A stretch of 38,427 bases of DNA from Pseudolabrys sp. (GCA_049793875.1 JBARCH010000209.1:1-38427), one strand, 5' to 3'; positions 28,546 through 37,831 are shown, counted from the stretch's first letter. Notes: generated by a model from the sequence alone, not told the origin. Numbers and translations are program-made.

Positions 28546-28740
28546 ATGAACGCAACACTGGGCGCGGAGCGCGACGAGGACTCCCGCCGACAAAACAGCA
28601 ATCTCGACGGCCGGTATCGTGAGATCGGTATTTCGGCAGTCGCTGCTGCGGTCCGTTTCAAGTGCGAGGTGCGCAACCCCGCTTACGCGCCGGACCTGAA
28701 GGCGACGTCGAACGCTTACGGTTGTTTCGCCGAAGCCTGA
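28546..28740 (+). CDS. Small hypothetical protein (64 aa)
   Basis: GGAG RBS; LDGRYREIGISAVAAAVRF segment resembles recurrent small Rhizobiales proteins (from recall). Confidence 0.6.
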   Translation: MNATLGAERDEDSRRQNSNLDGRYREIGISAVAAAVRFKCEVRNPAYAPDLKATSNAYGCFAEA

Positions 28741-28786
28741 CATCTACGCGGTCGCAACGACCGGCGCTTTCCAATATGACGACTTG

Positions 28787-28858
28787 CATCGCGGCCGGGC
28801 TTGTCCCGGCCGCTGCGCATTTAACCGCTTGCGCAGGCCAGTGCGGTCGGGCCATGAC
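28787..28858. repeat. Degenerate REP-like palindromic element
   Basis: GCGGCCGGG-CTTGT-CCCGGCCGC hairpin ending ...GGGCCATGAC, resembling the GTCATGGCCGGGCTTGTCCCGGCCAT repeats of Bradyrhizobium relatives. Confidence 0.5.
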
Positions 28859-28887
28859 AATCAGGTTTTCGCCAGCCGGGTGGTCGC

Positions 28888-29859
28888 ATGCTGTCGGTTT
28901 ACGTCAAGCGCGGTACATCGCTCGAGCGCGTCCCCGTTGAACCCGGTGTGCCTCCGCCGGACTCGGCGGTCTGGATCGACATGGTGACGCCGAGTCCGCA
29001 CGAGGACCGGCTGGTCGAAAATCTGCTCGGCATCGCCGTCCCGACTCGCGAAGAAATGCAGGAGATCGAGGTTTCCAGCCGGCTCTATTCGGAAAACGGC
29101 GCGCGTTACATGACCGCGACGCTGATGAGCCAGTCCGAGACCGCCAGCCCGAAAACCACGCCGGTTACTTTCATCCTTGCCGGTCACCGGCTCGTCACGG
29201 TGCGTTACGATACGCCGCGGCCTTTCGCGATGATCGAGCACAAGCTCGCACGCGCCTGTCCGCCGAACGTGACCGGTGAATCCGTGTTGATGGATTTGCT
29301 CGATGCGGTCATCGACCGGTCTGCCGATATTCTTGAGCGCGTCGGCGCCGAGGTGGATCAATTGTCTCACGCTATTTTCGAGCCCGATCAGGAAATCGAG
29401 ACGATATCGTACAATGATGTGCTGAAGTCGCTTGGCCGCAAAGGCGATCTCACGTCGAAAGTGCGCGAGAGTCTGGTGTCAATCGGTCGGTTGCTGCTTT
29501 TTCTGTGGACCGAGGCTGAAAGCATGCGCTGGCCGAAAGATACGCGCACGCAGTTGCAATCCATGCGGCGCGACACCGCATCGATCGCAGACCATGCGAC
29601 CTACCTCGCCAGCAAGATCACCTTTCTGCTCGACGCCATGCTTGGCGTCGTCAACATCCAGCAGAATAACATCATCAAGATTTTTTCCGTGGCGGCGGTC
29701 GGGTTGATGCCGCCGACGCTGATCGCGTCGGTTTACGGAATGAATTTCAAGCACATGCCGGAACTCGACTGGCACCTGGGCTATCCACTCGCAATCGTGT
29801 TCATGGTTTTATCGGCGGTCCTGCCGTACCTCTTCTTCAAATGGAAGAAGTGGCTCTGA
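28888..29859 (+). CDS. corA: CorA family Mg2+/Co2+ transporter
   Basis: EIEVSSR, PPTLIASVYGMNFKHMPEL, two C-terminal TMs, FKWKKWL. Confidence 0.95.
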   Translation: MLSVYVKRGTSLERVPVEPGVPPPDSAVWIDMVTPSPHEDRLVENLLGIAVPTREEMQEIEVSSRLYSENGARYMTATLMSQSETASPKTTPVTFILAGHRLVTVRYDTPRPFAMIEHKLARACPPNVTGESVLMDLLDAVIDRSADILERVGAEVDQLSHAIFEPDQEIETISYNDVLKSLGRKGDLTSKVRESLVSIGRLLLFLWTEAESMRWPKDTRTQLQSMRRDTASIADHATYLASKITFLLDAMLGVVNIQQNNIIKIFSVAAVGLMPPTLIASVYGMNFKHMPELDWHLGYPLAIVFMVLSAVLPYLFFKWKKWL

Positions 29860-29948
29860 AGGAGTCGTGGGTTCGCGCCGCTACCCCTCTTGCGCCGTAA
29901 TAATGGAAGCTGCACCGTTCAGGCGGCTGCGCTTTCGAGGGGAAATAA

Positions 29949-31230
29949 ATGTCCGCGTCCGTGGAGCATTTCACGTCGGCGTCCAAGCCGTCGTCATCCA
30001 ATACCTTTCGCATTATTGCCGCCGCATCCATCGGCAATGCGCTCGAATGGTACGACATCCTCGTTTACGGCTATTTTGCCGTCACGATTTCCAGGTTGTT
30101 TTTCCCGGTTGAAAACGAGACGACGTCGCTGCTGCTTGCGCTCGGAACCTTCGGCATTTCCTACCTCGTGAGGCCACTCGGCGCGATCGTACTCGGCGCT
30201 TACGCTGACCGCGCGGGCCGAAAGGCAGCAATGCTGGCTTCCATCGTCCTGATGACGATCGGCACCGGCCTGATGGCGGTCATGCCGACCTACGCGTCGA
30301 TCGGGATAGCGGCGCCGATTGCCACGCTCGTTTCGCGACTCTTCCAGGGGTTCGCGGTTGCGGGTGAATTTGGCAGCGCGACGGCGTTCCTCGTCGAGCA
30401 CTCCAGCACGCGCAAAGGCTTTTTTGCCAGCTTCCAGTGGTTCGGCCAGGGCTTCGCGGCGGTGCTGGCTTCGGCGCTCGGCGTCATATTGACCGGCGCA
30501 CTCACAGCCGACCAGCTCCAGAGTTGGGGCTGGCGCATCCCGTTCTTCGTCGGGCTTCTGATTGGGCCGATCGGACTTTACATCCGCAAGCATGTGACGG
30601 AAACGCCCGAATTCCGCGAAGCAAAGCTGACGCGCACGCCCGTGCGTGACGTGTTCGCAGGTCAGTGGGACCGCTTGCTGCTCGCCATCGGCGCCGTCGT
30701 CATTTCAACCGCGTCGAACTACGTCATCCTCTATATGCCGACATTCGCGATACGGCAGTTGCACATGCCGCAGACGCTCGGATTTATCGCGACGATGCTG
30801 GGCGGGCTGCTCCTCACTATCGGCGCCCCCGTTTTCGGCCATCTCTCCGACAGGGTCGGCCGTATCCCGATCATGGCCGCCGTTTGCGTTCTCTTTGCGC
30901 TGACGGCCTATCCGGTTTGCGCTTTTGATCGGACACCCGACGCTGATCGGAATCATAGTGATGGTGGGCTGGCTCAGTCTGCTCAAGGCCGCGTATAGCG
31001 GGACGCTGCCGTCGCTTTTGGCGGAGATTTTCCCGACGCAAACCCGCGGCAGCGGAATAGCGATCAGCTACAACATCAGCGTTCCGATTTTCGGCGGTTT
31101 CGCCCCGCTGATATCGGCGTGGCTTATCGCCGTTACCGGGAGCAGCCTTGCGCCGAGCATTTATCTGATCTTCGGATCGCTGTTGAGCCTCGTCGTCCTC
31201 ATCGCCATTCGCGTCAAGCTGAAGCTCTGA
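29949..31230 (+). pseudogene. MFS transporter (metabolite:H+ symporter, ProP/CitA-like), frameshifted near 30915
   Basis: GNALEWYD, RPLG..LGAYADRAGRK, WGWRIPF in ORF1; EIFPTQTRGSG..SYN..FGGFAP in ORF2 in another frame; could be an assembly error. Confidence 0.8.
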
Positions 31231-31240
31231 CGCGAAGATT

Positions 31241-31993
31241 CTAGACGTGCTGGCCGCCGTTGATGTGGATCTCGGCGCCGTTTACGTAGGATGACGTTTC
31301 GGTGCACAGCACGTAGATGATCTTGGCGATCTCGTCGGTTGTGCCGAGGCGTTGCATCGGGATCTGCTCGACGATCTTGTCCGTGCCCGGCGAGAGGATC
31401 GCCGTGTCGATTTCTCCCGGCGCGATCGCATTGACCCGGACGCCCTGACGGCCGAAGTCGCTGGCCATTTCGCGCGTGAGTGCGGCGAGTGCGGCCTTCG
31501 AGGTTGCGTAAGCCGCGCCGGCAAAGGGGTGTACGCGCGAACCGGCGATCGACGTCACATTGACGACCGAGCCCTTTGCGGCCTTGAGTTCATCCAGCAG
31601 GCCGCGCGCCAGCATGATCGGCGCGAAGAAGTTGACCCGAAACACCTGCCGCCAGACATCGACCGTGGTGTCGATCGAGCCAAGCCGTTTGCCGGCTTCA
31701 GCCTTGGGCGAGATCGCCGCATTGTTGACCAGTGCGTGCAACTCGTGATCGGGGAGCCGCCGTTTGATCTCGGCGATCGCCTCGGTTGTGTTGGCTTCAT
31801 CGGCAAGATCGACCTGGATGTGATCTTCAGGGCCGGCTTCCCACGGGCAATTTTCCGGGAACGGATGACGCGAGCAGGTGATGACGCGCCAGCCTGCCGC
31901 CGAGAATCGTTTCACGGTGGCATGGCCGATGCCGCGGCTGGCTCCGGTCAGGAGCAGCGTGCGGCGCGGCTGGTTGGTGGCGGCGTTCGGCAT
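31241..31993 (-). CDS. SDR family oxidoreductase, FixR-like
   Basis: TGASRGIG, NNAA, YATSK, CPWEAG..DHIQVDL, SRVHPFAG, INGGQH. Confidence 0.9.
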   Translation of the reverse strand: MPNAATNQPRRTLLLTGASRGIGHATVKRFSAAGWRVITCSRHPFPENCPWEAGPEDHIQVDLADEANTTEAIAEIKRRLPDHELHALVNNAAISPKAEAGKRLGSIDTTVDVWRQVFRVNFFAPIMLARGLLDELKAAKGSVVNVTSIAGSRVHPFAGAAYATSKAALAALTREMASDFGRQGVRVNAIAPGEIDTAILSPGTDKIVEQIPMQRLGTTDEIAKIIYVLCTETSSYVNGAEIHINGGQHV

Positions 31994-32007
31994 GGGGCGA
32001 TGCTAGC

Positions 32008-32649
32008 TCACGGATAGAGGCGCGTCTTGTTCCACGGCGCACCGGGCGTGTCGCGGCGAAACTCAATGCGATCGTGCAGGCGGAACGGCCGATCGTGCCA
32101 GAACTCCATGACAAGCGGCAGGATGCGGAAGCCGGACCACTGTGGCGGCCGCGGCACCGCGCCGATGGCATGTTTGGCGGCATAGATGGCAACCGCCTTT
32201 TCAAATGCGAGCCGGCTTTCAAGCGGCGACGATTGTTTGCTCGCCCAGGCCCCGATCTGCGCCTGCTTCGGCCGGGTGGCGAAATAAGCGTCGGCCTCGG
32301 CATCGGTAACCTGTTCGACGTTGCCGCGCACGCGGATTTGCCGGTTCAGCGACTTCCAATGAAAAACCAGCGCCGCGCGCGGCCGTTCGTCCAACTCGCG
32401 CCCTTTTTGGCTGCCCATGTTCGTATAGAAAACGAAACCGCGTTCATCGGCACCCTTGAGAAGCACCATTCGCGCATTCGGCAGCCCGTCGGCATCGACG
32501 GTGGCGAGCGTCATGGCGGTGGGATCGCGCGGTTCCGATGCCGTCGCGTCGCGAAGCCAAGCGGCAAATAGCTGCAGAGGCTCATCAGCGTCGGTGAAAT
32601 CACCACTCGTTAACCAGCTCGGGTGTTCTATCGGAGTCGTATCGGACAT
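32008..32649 (-). CDS. pdxH: Pyridoxamine 5'-phosphate oxidase
   Basis: [49 protein letters not shown]. Confidence 0.96.
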   Translation of the reverse strand: MSDTTPIEHPSWLTSGDFTDADEPLQLFAAWLRDATASEPRDPTAMTLATVDADGLPNARMVLLKGADERGFVFYTNMGSQKGRELDERPRAALVFHWKSLNRQIRVRGNVEQVTDAEADAYFATRPKQAQIGAWASKQSSPLESRLAFEKAVAIYAAKHAIGAVPRPPQWSGFRILPLVMEFWHDRPFRLHDRIEFRRDTPGAPWNKTRLYP

Positions 32650-32719
32650 TTCGTGGGGTACTCGCTTGGCCGGTCAGGTGGCCCGTCGCATTCGACGGTG
32701 CCTTTATAGTGGAACCAGC

Positions 32720-33169
32720 ATGGCGCGCCTATGGCGGCGTCTGCCGCTGACAGGCGCACTTTTGCTGGGCCTGGCAAGCGGCGGGTGCAGTCTGCCTTCG
32801 CAGTTCGACTCTCTCTTCGGCAGCATGGACAAGTCCGACGTTACCGGCTCGATCACGCCACCGCCCGGCAGCAAAGAGATCGGCGAACTGCCGCCCGAAC
32901 ACGATCTCATCTATGCGCGTGCCGCGGTCAGCGAGGTCCTCAATCGCGGCAGCAAGGATGCCAGTCAGCCGTGGGAAAATCCGAATTCGGGTGCGCGCGG
33001 CACCGTCACGCCGATCGCGTCGGCCTATAATCAGGACGGCGCCGTCTGCCATGATTTTCTTGCCAGCTATGTGCGCGGCAGTTCGCAAGCGTGGATGCAG
33101 GGCGAAGCCTGCCGGCAGACCAGGGGCGGATGGGAAGTGCGCTCGCTGAAGCCGTGGAAGCGGTCCTGA
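32720..33169 (+). CDS. RT0821/Lpp0805 (17-kDa surface antigen-like) lipoprotein
   Basis: Lipobox-like SGGC, DVTGSI, PWENPNSGARGTVTP, C..FLASY...GEAC. Confidence 0.8.
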   Translation: MARLWRRLPLTGALLLGLASGGCSLPSQFDSLFGSMDKSDVTGSITPPPGSKEIGELPPEHDLIYARAAVSEVLNRGSKDASQPWENPNSGARGTVTPIASAYNQDGAVCHDFLASYVRGSSQAWMQGEACRQTRGGWEVRSLKPWKRS

Positions 33170-33285
33170 CCGTCAACTCCCTCCGATTGCGTTGCATCCG
33201 GCTCGGCTGCGCCCCACATTGAGGGACGAGTCGTCCGGCTTTCAGGTCGGGCGGCACGGGGATTTTCAACCGGAGAAGCTCGAGA

Positions 33286-34308
33286 ATGCGCGACCCCTAC
33301 GAGGTTCTGGGGGTGTCGAAGGGTGCCAAGGAGGGCGAAATCAAGAGCGCCTTCCGCAAACTTGCCAAAAAGCTGCATCCCGACGCCAACAAACACGACC
33401 CGAAGGCTGCCTCGCACTTCGCCGAGCTCAATGCGGCTTACGAAATTCTCGGCGATGGCGAAAAGCGCAAATCGTTCGACCGCGGCGAAATCGATGCCGA
33501 GGGCAAGCCACGTTTCCGCGGCTTCGAAGGCTTCGGCGCTGGCGGCGGTCATCCCGGCGCCGGGGCAGGCGGTTTTGGCCGCGGTGGAAATTTTGAATCC
33601 TTCGCGTGGGGTCCCGACGGCTTTCAGCGCGCCGGCGGTGCAGGCAGCGCAGGCAGTGCAGGCGCCGCTGGCGGGCGCGGCTTTGAGGATTTGCTGCGCG
33701 GCATGTTCGGCGGTCAGGCGCGTTCGCGGGCCGGTGGTTTCAGCGGCCAGTTCGAGCCGGAAGATTTTGGCGAGCCGCAGTCCGGCCAGGATTTGGCGGC
33801 GGCTCTTACCATCAGCCTCCCCGAAGCGGCGAAGGGCGTGAAGACGCGCGTGCACCTGCCGACCGGCAAGGATGTTGAAATCAAGATTCCGGCCGGCCTC
33901 ACCAGCGGCCAGCAGATCAGGCTGAAGGGGCAGGGCTGGCCGGGGTACCGCGGCGCCGGCGACGCGTTGATCACGGTGACGATCGCACCGCATCCGGTAT
34001 TCACGCCGGATGGTGCCGATCTTCGGCTCGATCTACCGATTACGCTTTACGAGGCGGTGCTTGGCGGGAAGGTCCGTGTACCGACGCTGGATGGCGCTGT
34101 CGAGCTTGCGATCCCGCCGGATACGAATTCCGGCCGCACGTTCCGCCTGAAAGGCAAAGGCTTAAAGACTAAAGGCGGCGCCGGCGATTTGCTGGCGACC
34201 GTGCGTATCGTGCTGCCCGAGCGCAGTGACGACGAACTCAAGAATCTCATGCGCAATTGGCGTGAGGGCAAGCCTTACGACCCGCGCAAGGATAAGGATA
34301 TGGAGTGA
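33286..34308 (+). CDS. DnaJ class B (CbpA-like) chaperone
   Basis: J domain ([11 protein letters not shown]), G/F-rich linker, no Zn finger, DnaJ_C domain. Confidence 0.92.
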   Translation: MRDPYEVLGVSKGAKEGEIKSAFRKLAKKLHPDANKHDPKAASHFAELNAAYEILGDGEKRKSFDRGEIDAEGKPRFRGFEGFGAGGGHPGAGAGGFGRGGNFESFAWGPDGFQRAGGAGSAGSAGAAGGRGFEDLLRGMFGGQARSRAGGFSGQFEPEDFGEPQSGQDLAAALTISLPEAAKGVKTRVHLPTGKDVEIKIPAGLTSGQQIRLKGQGWPGYRGAGDALITVTIAPHPVFTPDGADLRLDLPITLYEAVLGGKVRVPTLDGAVELAIPPDTNSGRTFRLKGKGLKTKGGAGDLLATVRIVLPERSDDELKNLMRNWREGKPYDPRKDKDME

Positions 34309-34332
34309 CCGCTCCGCCTGTCCACGGAGCGG
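34309..34332. terminator. Hairpin between convergent genes (possible terminator)
   Basis: CCGCTCCG-N8-CGGAGCGG; weak U tract. Confidence 0.45.
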
Positions 34333-34339
34333 ATGTTCC

Positions 34340-35125
34340 CTACGATTTGCGGCCGTCGACCTGTTCCCAGACTGCCCGCGTGACCTTCTTCAGTCGGTCG
34401 TGATCGGCCGGCCCGCTGACAACATAAGCGATGTTGTTCTCGACCCAGTAGAAAGCGGCGTCATGCGCCTCGTCGCGGTAACGCAAGGCGGTTTGCGGAG
34501 ATGCCGAGTGCGCGCAATAAACCGTGTAGCGCTCGCCCGATTGGCTTTCATACATATAGAACGCCGCTGCGCCCGTCGGTCCGGGCAGCAATCGCCCGCC
34601 AACCAGCTTGAGGCCCATTGATTGCAGCTTGGGTACAGTCAATGGATACCCGACGCGCTTCGACAGCCATTGCGTCATGTGCTCGCGCTCGTCGCCCGGC
34701 ACTTCGACCGGATGGCGCACTTCGACGACGTAAAGCTTGTGAGCGTCAAGTGCTTCGTTCGTGAACGTATTGAAGCTGTTCGGTGCCGCAGCCGACGCGC
34801 CGTGGGCAAACCAGCCGGCGGTGCCGCCGATCAGGAAGGCGGCGACGACGGCCGCCGCAGCAGCGGCAGCCCACGAGCGAACGGCGCGACGGTCAGTGCG
34901 CAGCAACTGCTCGAGCTTGAGCCGCTCAGGAACCGGCTCGCTCGCAACGGCGCCGTAACGCGCGCGAATTGACTCGGCTTGCGCGCGCCATGCGGCAACC
35001 AGTTCGGAATCTTCCGGATGCGTGGCAAGCCAACTGGACACCGCGCCTTGGCGGTCATCCGGCAATTCGCCGTCGATAAAAGCGTGGAGTTCGTCCACGG
35101 TTACCGGTGAATCAGGATCGATCAT
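34340..35125 (-). CDS. Transmembrane anti-sigma factor (PrtR/COG5662-like)
   Basis: ELHAFIDGEL N-terminus, single TM, AHKLYVVEVRHPVEV, WLSKR, LVGGRLLP. Confidence 0.9.
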   Translation of the reverse strand: MIDPDSPVTVDELHAFIDGELPDDRQGAVSSWLATHPEDSELVAAWRAQAESIRARYGAVASEPVPERLKLEQLLRTDRRAVRSWAAAAAAAVVAAFLIGGTAGWFAHGASAAAPNSFNTFTNEALDAHKLYVVEVRHPVEVPGDEREHMTQWLSKRVGYPLTVPKLQSMGLKLVGGRLLPGPTGAAAFYMYESQSGERYTVYCAHSASPQTALRYRDEAHDAAFYWVENNIAYVVSGPADHDRLKKVTRAVWEQVDGRKS

Positions 35126-35141
35126 AGTATCACCTTCATCC

Positions 35142-35633
35142 TCATTTCACGCGGCGCAGCGTCGGACGCTCGCCGTCGAGATAGGCTTTGATCTGCACGC
35201 GCGCACGCGCCAGCCGCGACATAACAGTTCCGATCGGCACGCCTTGCACTTCCGCGACCTCGCGGTAGCTCAGGCCCTCCAGCACCACCAGCAGCAGCGC
35301 GTTGCGCTGATCTTCCACCAGCGTGGCGAGCGCCCGTTCGATGTCACGCCCGCCTGCTTCCGGTCCCGCCATGTCGGGCGCGTCGTTGTCCTCGATCGGC
35401 GAGAGCAACGGGCGCCGCGCCAGCGACCGCAGGCGATTGCGGTTCAGGTTGGTCAGGATCGTGTACAACCAGCTGCGAATGTCGCCACCGTGAAACAGGT
35501 GTTCCGAACGCAGCGCCCTGACCAGCGTGTCTTGCACCAACTCGTCGGCGGTATCGCTATCGCGGGTGAGCGCCCGCGCATAACGCCGTAGAGCCGGTAT
35601 CGTCGCTTCGACGCTTTGCCGAAAACCCGCCAA
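35142..35633 (-). CDS. ECF RNA polymerase sigma factor (PrtI-like)
   Basis: IPALRRYARAL, DELVQDTL, WLYTIL.N, GLSYREVA..GTVMSRLARAR; TTG 35633 lies 6 nt after AGGAG. Confidence 0.92.
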   Translation of the reverse strand: MAGFRQSVEATIPALRRYARALTRDSDTADELVQDTLVRALRSEHLFHGGDIRSWLYTILTNLNRNRLRSLARRPLLSPIEDNDAPDMAGPEAGGRDIERALATLVEDQRNALLLVVLEGLSYREVAEVQGVPIGTVMSRLARARVQIKAYLDGERPTLRRVK

Positions 35634-35732
35634 CCCCAACTCCTGTACTTTGCCGCTCCGCGTGCGAGCCGAACCGCCGGCCCACGCACGGCTTACGCCG
35701 AACGTCTTTCATTACCGTTGATCACCCAAAAC

Positions 35733-35758
35733 AACCCCGGAGTTGCAGCGTATATTCC
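35733..35758 (-). promoter_or_regulatory. Candidate ECF-type autoregulatory promoter
   Basis: Minus strand GGAAT-N18-GTT about 100 nt upstream of the ECF sigma start. Confidence 0.45.
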
Positions 35759-35873
35759 GGAAACCGAATTGAATTAACGATTGCCGGTGGGCCTGGGGCT
35801 GCTTTGCTTGATGGCCCCATGACCCTATGCCATACGAAGGCAGTCGGCGGCGACCGGGCACGCGGGGAGCGGA

Positions 35874-36692
35874 ATGGCGGAAAACTCAGGCCTCATGCGT
35901 GGTAAGCGCGGGTTGATCATGGGCGTGGCGAACAACCGCTCGATCGCCTGGGGTATCGCGCGGGCCTGCCACGACCAGGGCGCCGACCTTGCATTTACCT
36001 ATCAAGGCGAAGCGCTGAAAAAGCGCGTCGAGCCGCTGGCCGAGGAGGTCGACGGACTCGTGGTGGGTCACTGCGACGTTACCGATAGCAGGACCATCGA
36101 CGCCGTCTTCGATGCCGTTAAATCGGCCTGGGGGTCGCTGGATTTCCTGGTTCACGCCATCGCGTTTTCGGACAAGGATCAGCTTGATGGCCGCTATATC
36201 GACACCACCGAGGATAACTTCGCAAAAACGATGCTGGTGAGTTGCTACTCCTTCACGGCAGTTGCGCAGCGCGCCGAAAAGATGATGCCGAATGGCGGCT
36301 CGATGCTCACTTTGACTTATTACGGTTCCGAGAAGTGGATGCCGCATTACAACGTGATGGGGCTCGCCAAGGCCGCGCTCGAGTGTTCGGTTCGTTACAT
36401 GGCGGCGGATCTCGGCGTGAAGAACATCCGAGTCAACGCCATCTCGTCCGGACCCATCAAGACACTGGCTGCATCCGGCATCGGCGATTTTCGCTACATT
36501 CTGCGATGGAACGAATTCAACACCCCGTTGCGGCGCAACGTCACGCTGGAAGAGGTTGGACAGACCGGCGTCTATTTCCTGTCCGATATGTCGCGCGGCG
36601 TGACCGGTGAAATTCATCACGTCGATGCCGGCTATCATATCATCGGGATGAAGCATCCCGATGCTCCTGATATTGCCGTCGGCAAAGACTAG
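35874..36692 (+). CDS. fabI: Enoyl-ACP reductase FabI
   Basis: GVANNRSIAWGIA, HAIAF, YNVMGLAKAALE, GPIKTLAA, HVDAGY. Confidence 0.96.
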   Translation: MAENSGLMRGKRGLIMGVANNRSIAWGIARACHDQGADLAFTYQGEALKKRVEPLAEEVDGLVVGHCDVTDSRTIDAVFDAVKSAWGSLDFLVHAIAFSDKDQLDGRYIDTTEDNFAKTMLVSCYSFTAVAQRAEKMMPNGGSMLTLTYYGSEKWMPHYNVMGLAKAALECSVRYMAADLGVKNIRVNAISSGPIKTLAASGIGDFRYILRWNEFNTPLRRNVTLEEVGQTGVYFLSDMSRGVTGEIHHVDAGYHIIGMKHPDAPDIAVGKD

Positions 36693-36703
36693 CGTACGCC
36701 ACG

Positions 36704-37303
36704 ATGGCGCAGCCGGTCGTTTACTACGTTCGACACGGCGAGACCGACTGGAACGTTGCGGGCCGCCTGCAGGGCCGCCACGATATTCCCCTTAATGCAA
36801 ATGGACGTGCGCAAGCGGCGCGCTGCGGTCATATCCTGAGTGGCCTGTTCGCCGGTGGCAGGCTTGCCGCTACCGATCTCGATTATGTATCGAGTCCGCT
36901 TGGGCGCGCTTCGCAGACAATGGAGTTGCTGCGCACGGCGCTTGGCCTCGGTGCGACCGGTTACCGGACCGACGAGCGACTCGTGGAAATTGCCTTCGGC
37001 GATTGGGAAGGTTTCACAATTGCGCAGCTTCATTCGAGCGATCCGCAGCGAATAGCCGCCCGCGAGCAGGACAAATGGAGCTTCGTTCCGCCGAATGGCG
37101 AGAGCTACAAGATGGTGGCCGCCCGAATGGGCGAATGGTACCGCAGTCTTGCGCGCGACTGTGTCGTCACCGCCCATGGCGGCACCGCGCGCGGATTGAT
37201 CGCCTATCTCGGTATTGCGCACGCGGCGGCAGCGCCGTTAATCGATATCGCACAAGGCATCGTCTACGTCTTTAAGGACGGGCAGATGTCACGCTTTACC
37301 TGA
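36704..37303 (+). CDS. Histidine phosphatase (phosphoglycerate mutase) family protein
   Basis: RHGETDWN, SSPLGRA, EIAFGDWEG, GES, TAHGG. Confidence 0.92.
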   Translation: MAQPVVYYVRHGETDWNVAGRLQGRHDIPLNANGRAQAARCGHILSGLFAGGRLAATDLDYVSSPLGRASQTMELLRTALGLGATGYRTDERLVEIAFGDWEGFTIAQLHSSDPQRIAAREQDKWSFVPPNGESYKMVAARMGEWYRSLARDCVVTAHGGTARGLIAYLGIAHAAAAPLIDIAQGIVYVFKDGQMSRFT

Positions 37304-37314
37304 CGGCAAAGGAA

Positions 37315-37341
37315 AACGGCCGGACATTTCGTCCGGCCGTT
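37315..37341. terminator. Rho-independent terminator between convergent genes
   Basis: AACGGCCGGAC-atttc-GTCCGGCCGTT; T tract on the minus strand. Confidence 0.75.
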
Positions 37342-37385
37342 GCGTGAGCGCGGCGAACGCGCTCGAACCCGATCAGGAGAAGAAG

Positions 37386-37664
37386 TTAGGACTTCTTGTC
37401 CGTCTTCTTCTCCATCTTCTTGTCGGATTTCTTGCTCGATTTCTTCTTTTTCTTGGCCGACATGTCGTTGGAAATCAGGCTGGACTTCTTGTCCGTCTTC
37501 TTTTCCATCTTCTTGTCAGACTTCTTGCTCGACTTCTTCTTGTGCTTGGCGGCCGACAGCGTGTGGGTATTGGCGACGCCATTGGTCGGCTGCACAGCAA
37601 GGGCCGGCAGACTCGTTGCAGCGAGAAAGCCGAGCGCGGCTACTGACGCGATAATTTTGCGCAT
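37386..37664 (-). CDS. Small secreted lysine-rich protein with an internal repeat (92 aa)
   Basis: GAGGA RBS, ATG 37664, Sec signal MRKIIASVAALGFLAATSLPALA, downstream terminator, only synonymous differences between the repeat copies. Confidence 0.8.
   Translation of the reverse strand: MRKIIASVAALGFLAATSLPALAVQPTNGVANTHTLSAAKHKKKSSKKSDKKMEKKTDKKSSLISNDMSAKKKKKSSKKSDKKMEKKTDKKS
37389..37541 (-). repeat. Two copies of a 60-bp coding repeat, 93-bp period
   Basis: 37389-37448 and 37482-37541 both encode KKKSSKKSDKKMEKKTDKKS. Confidence 0.9.
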
Positions 37665-37831
37665 GTGATTGTCCTCATATCCCATTCGAATGGCAGGAGC
37701 TGATGGGCTATTTATCCGGCTGGGGTCGCGATGAATTCGGCCTTTTGCCCCCCTGTCCAACGCCAACTAATTACCGTATCGCGCCTTTGCCGGCAATTGA
37801 GAAAATGGAAAAAACCTTTATTTTTCCGTAG

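Noticed and set aside
28509..28622. Alternative short ORF overlapping the 64-aa gene
   Set aside because: No RBS and no recognisable features; the 28546 frame is better supported
33640..33670. Short GCAGGCAG(C/T) repeats in the DnaJ gene
   Set aside because: Ordinary low-complexity Gly/Ala linker
37386..37541. Repeat considered as a CRISPR-like array
   Set aside because: Only two in-frame coding copies with synonymous changes; no cas genes
37396..37668. Phe/Leu-rich plus-strand ORF resembling a membrane protein
   Set aside because: Antisense read of the Lys-rich gene, which has the RBS, signal peptide and terminator
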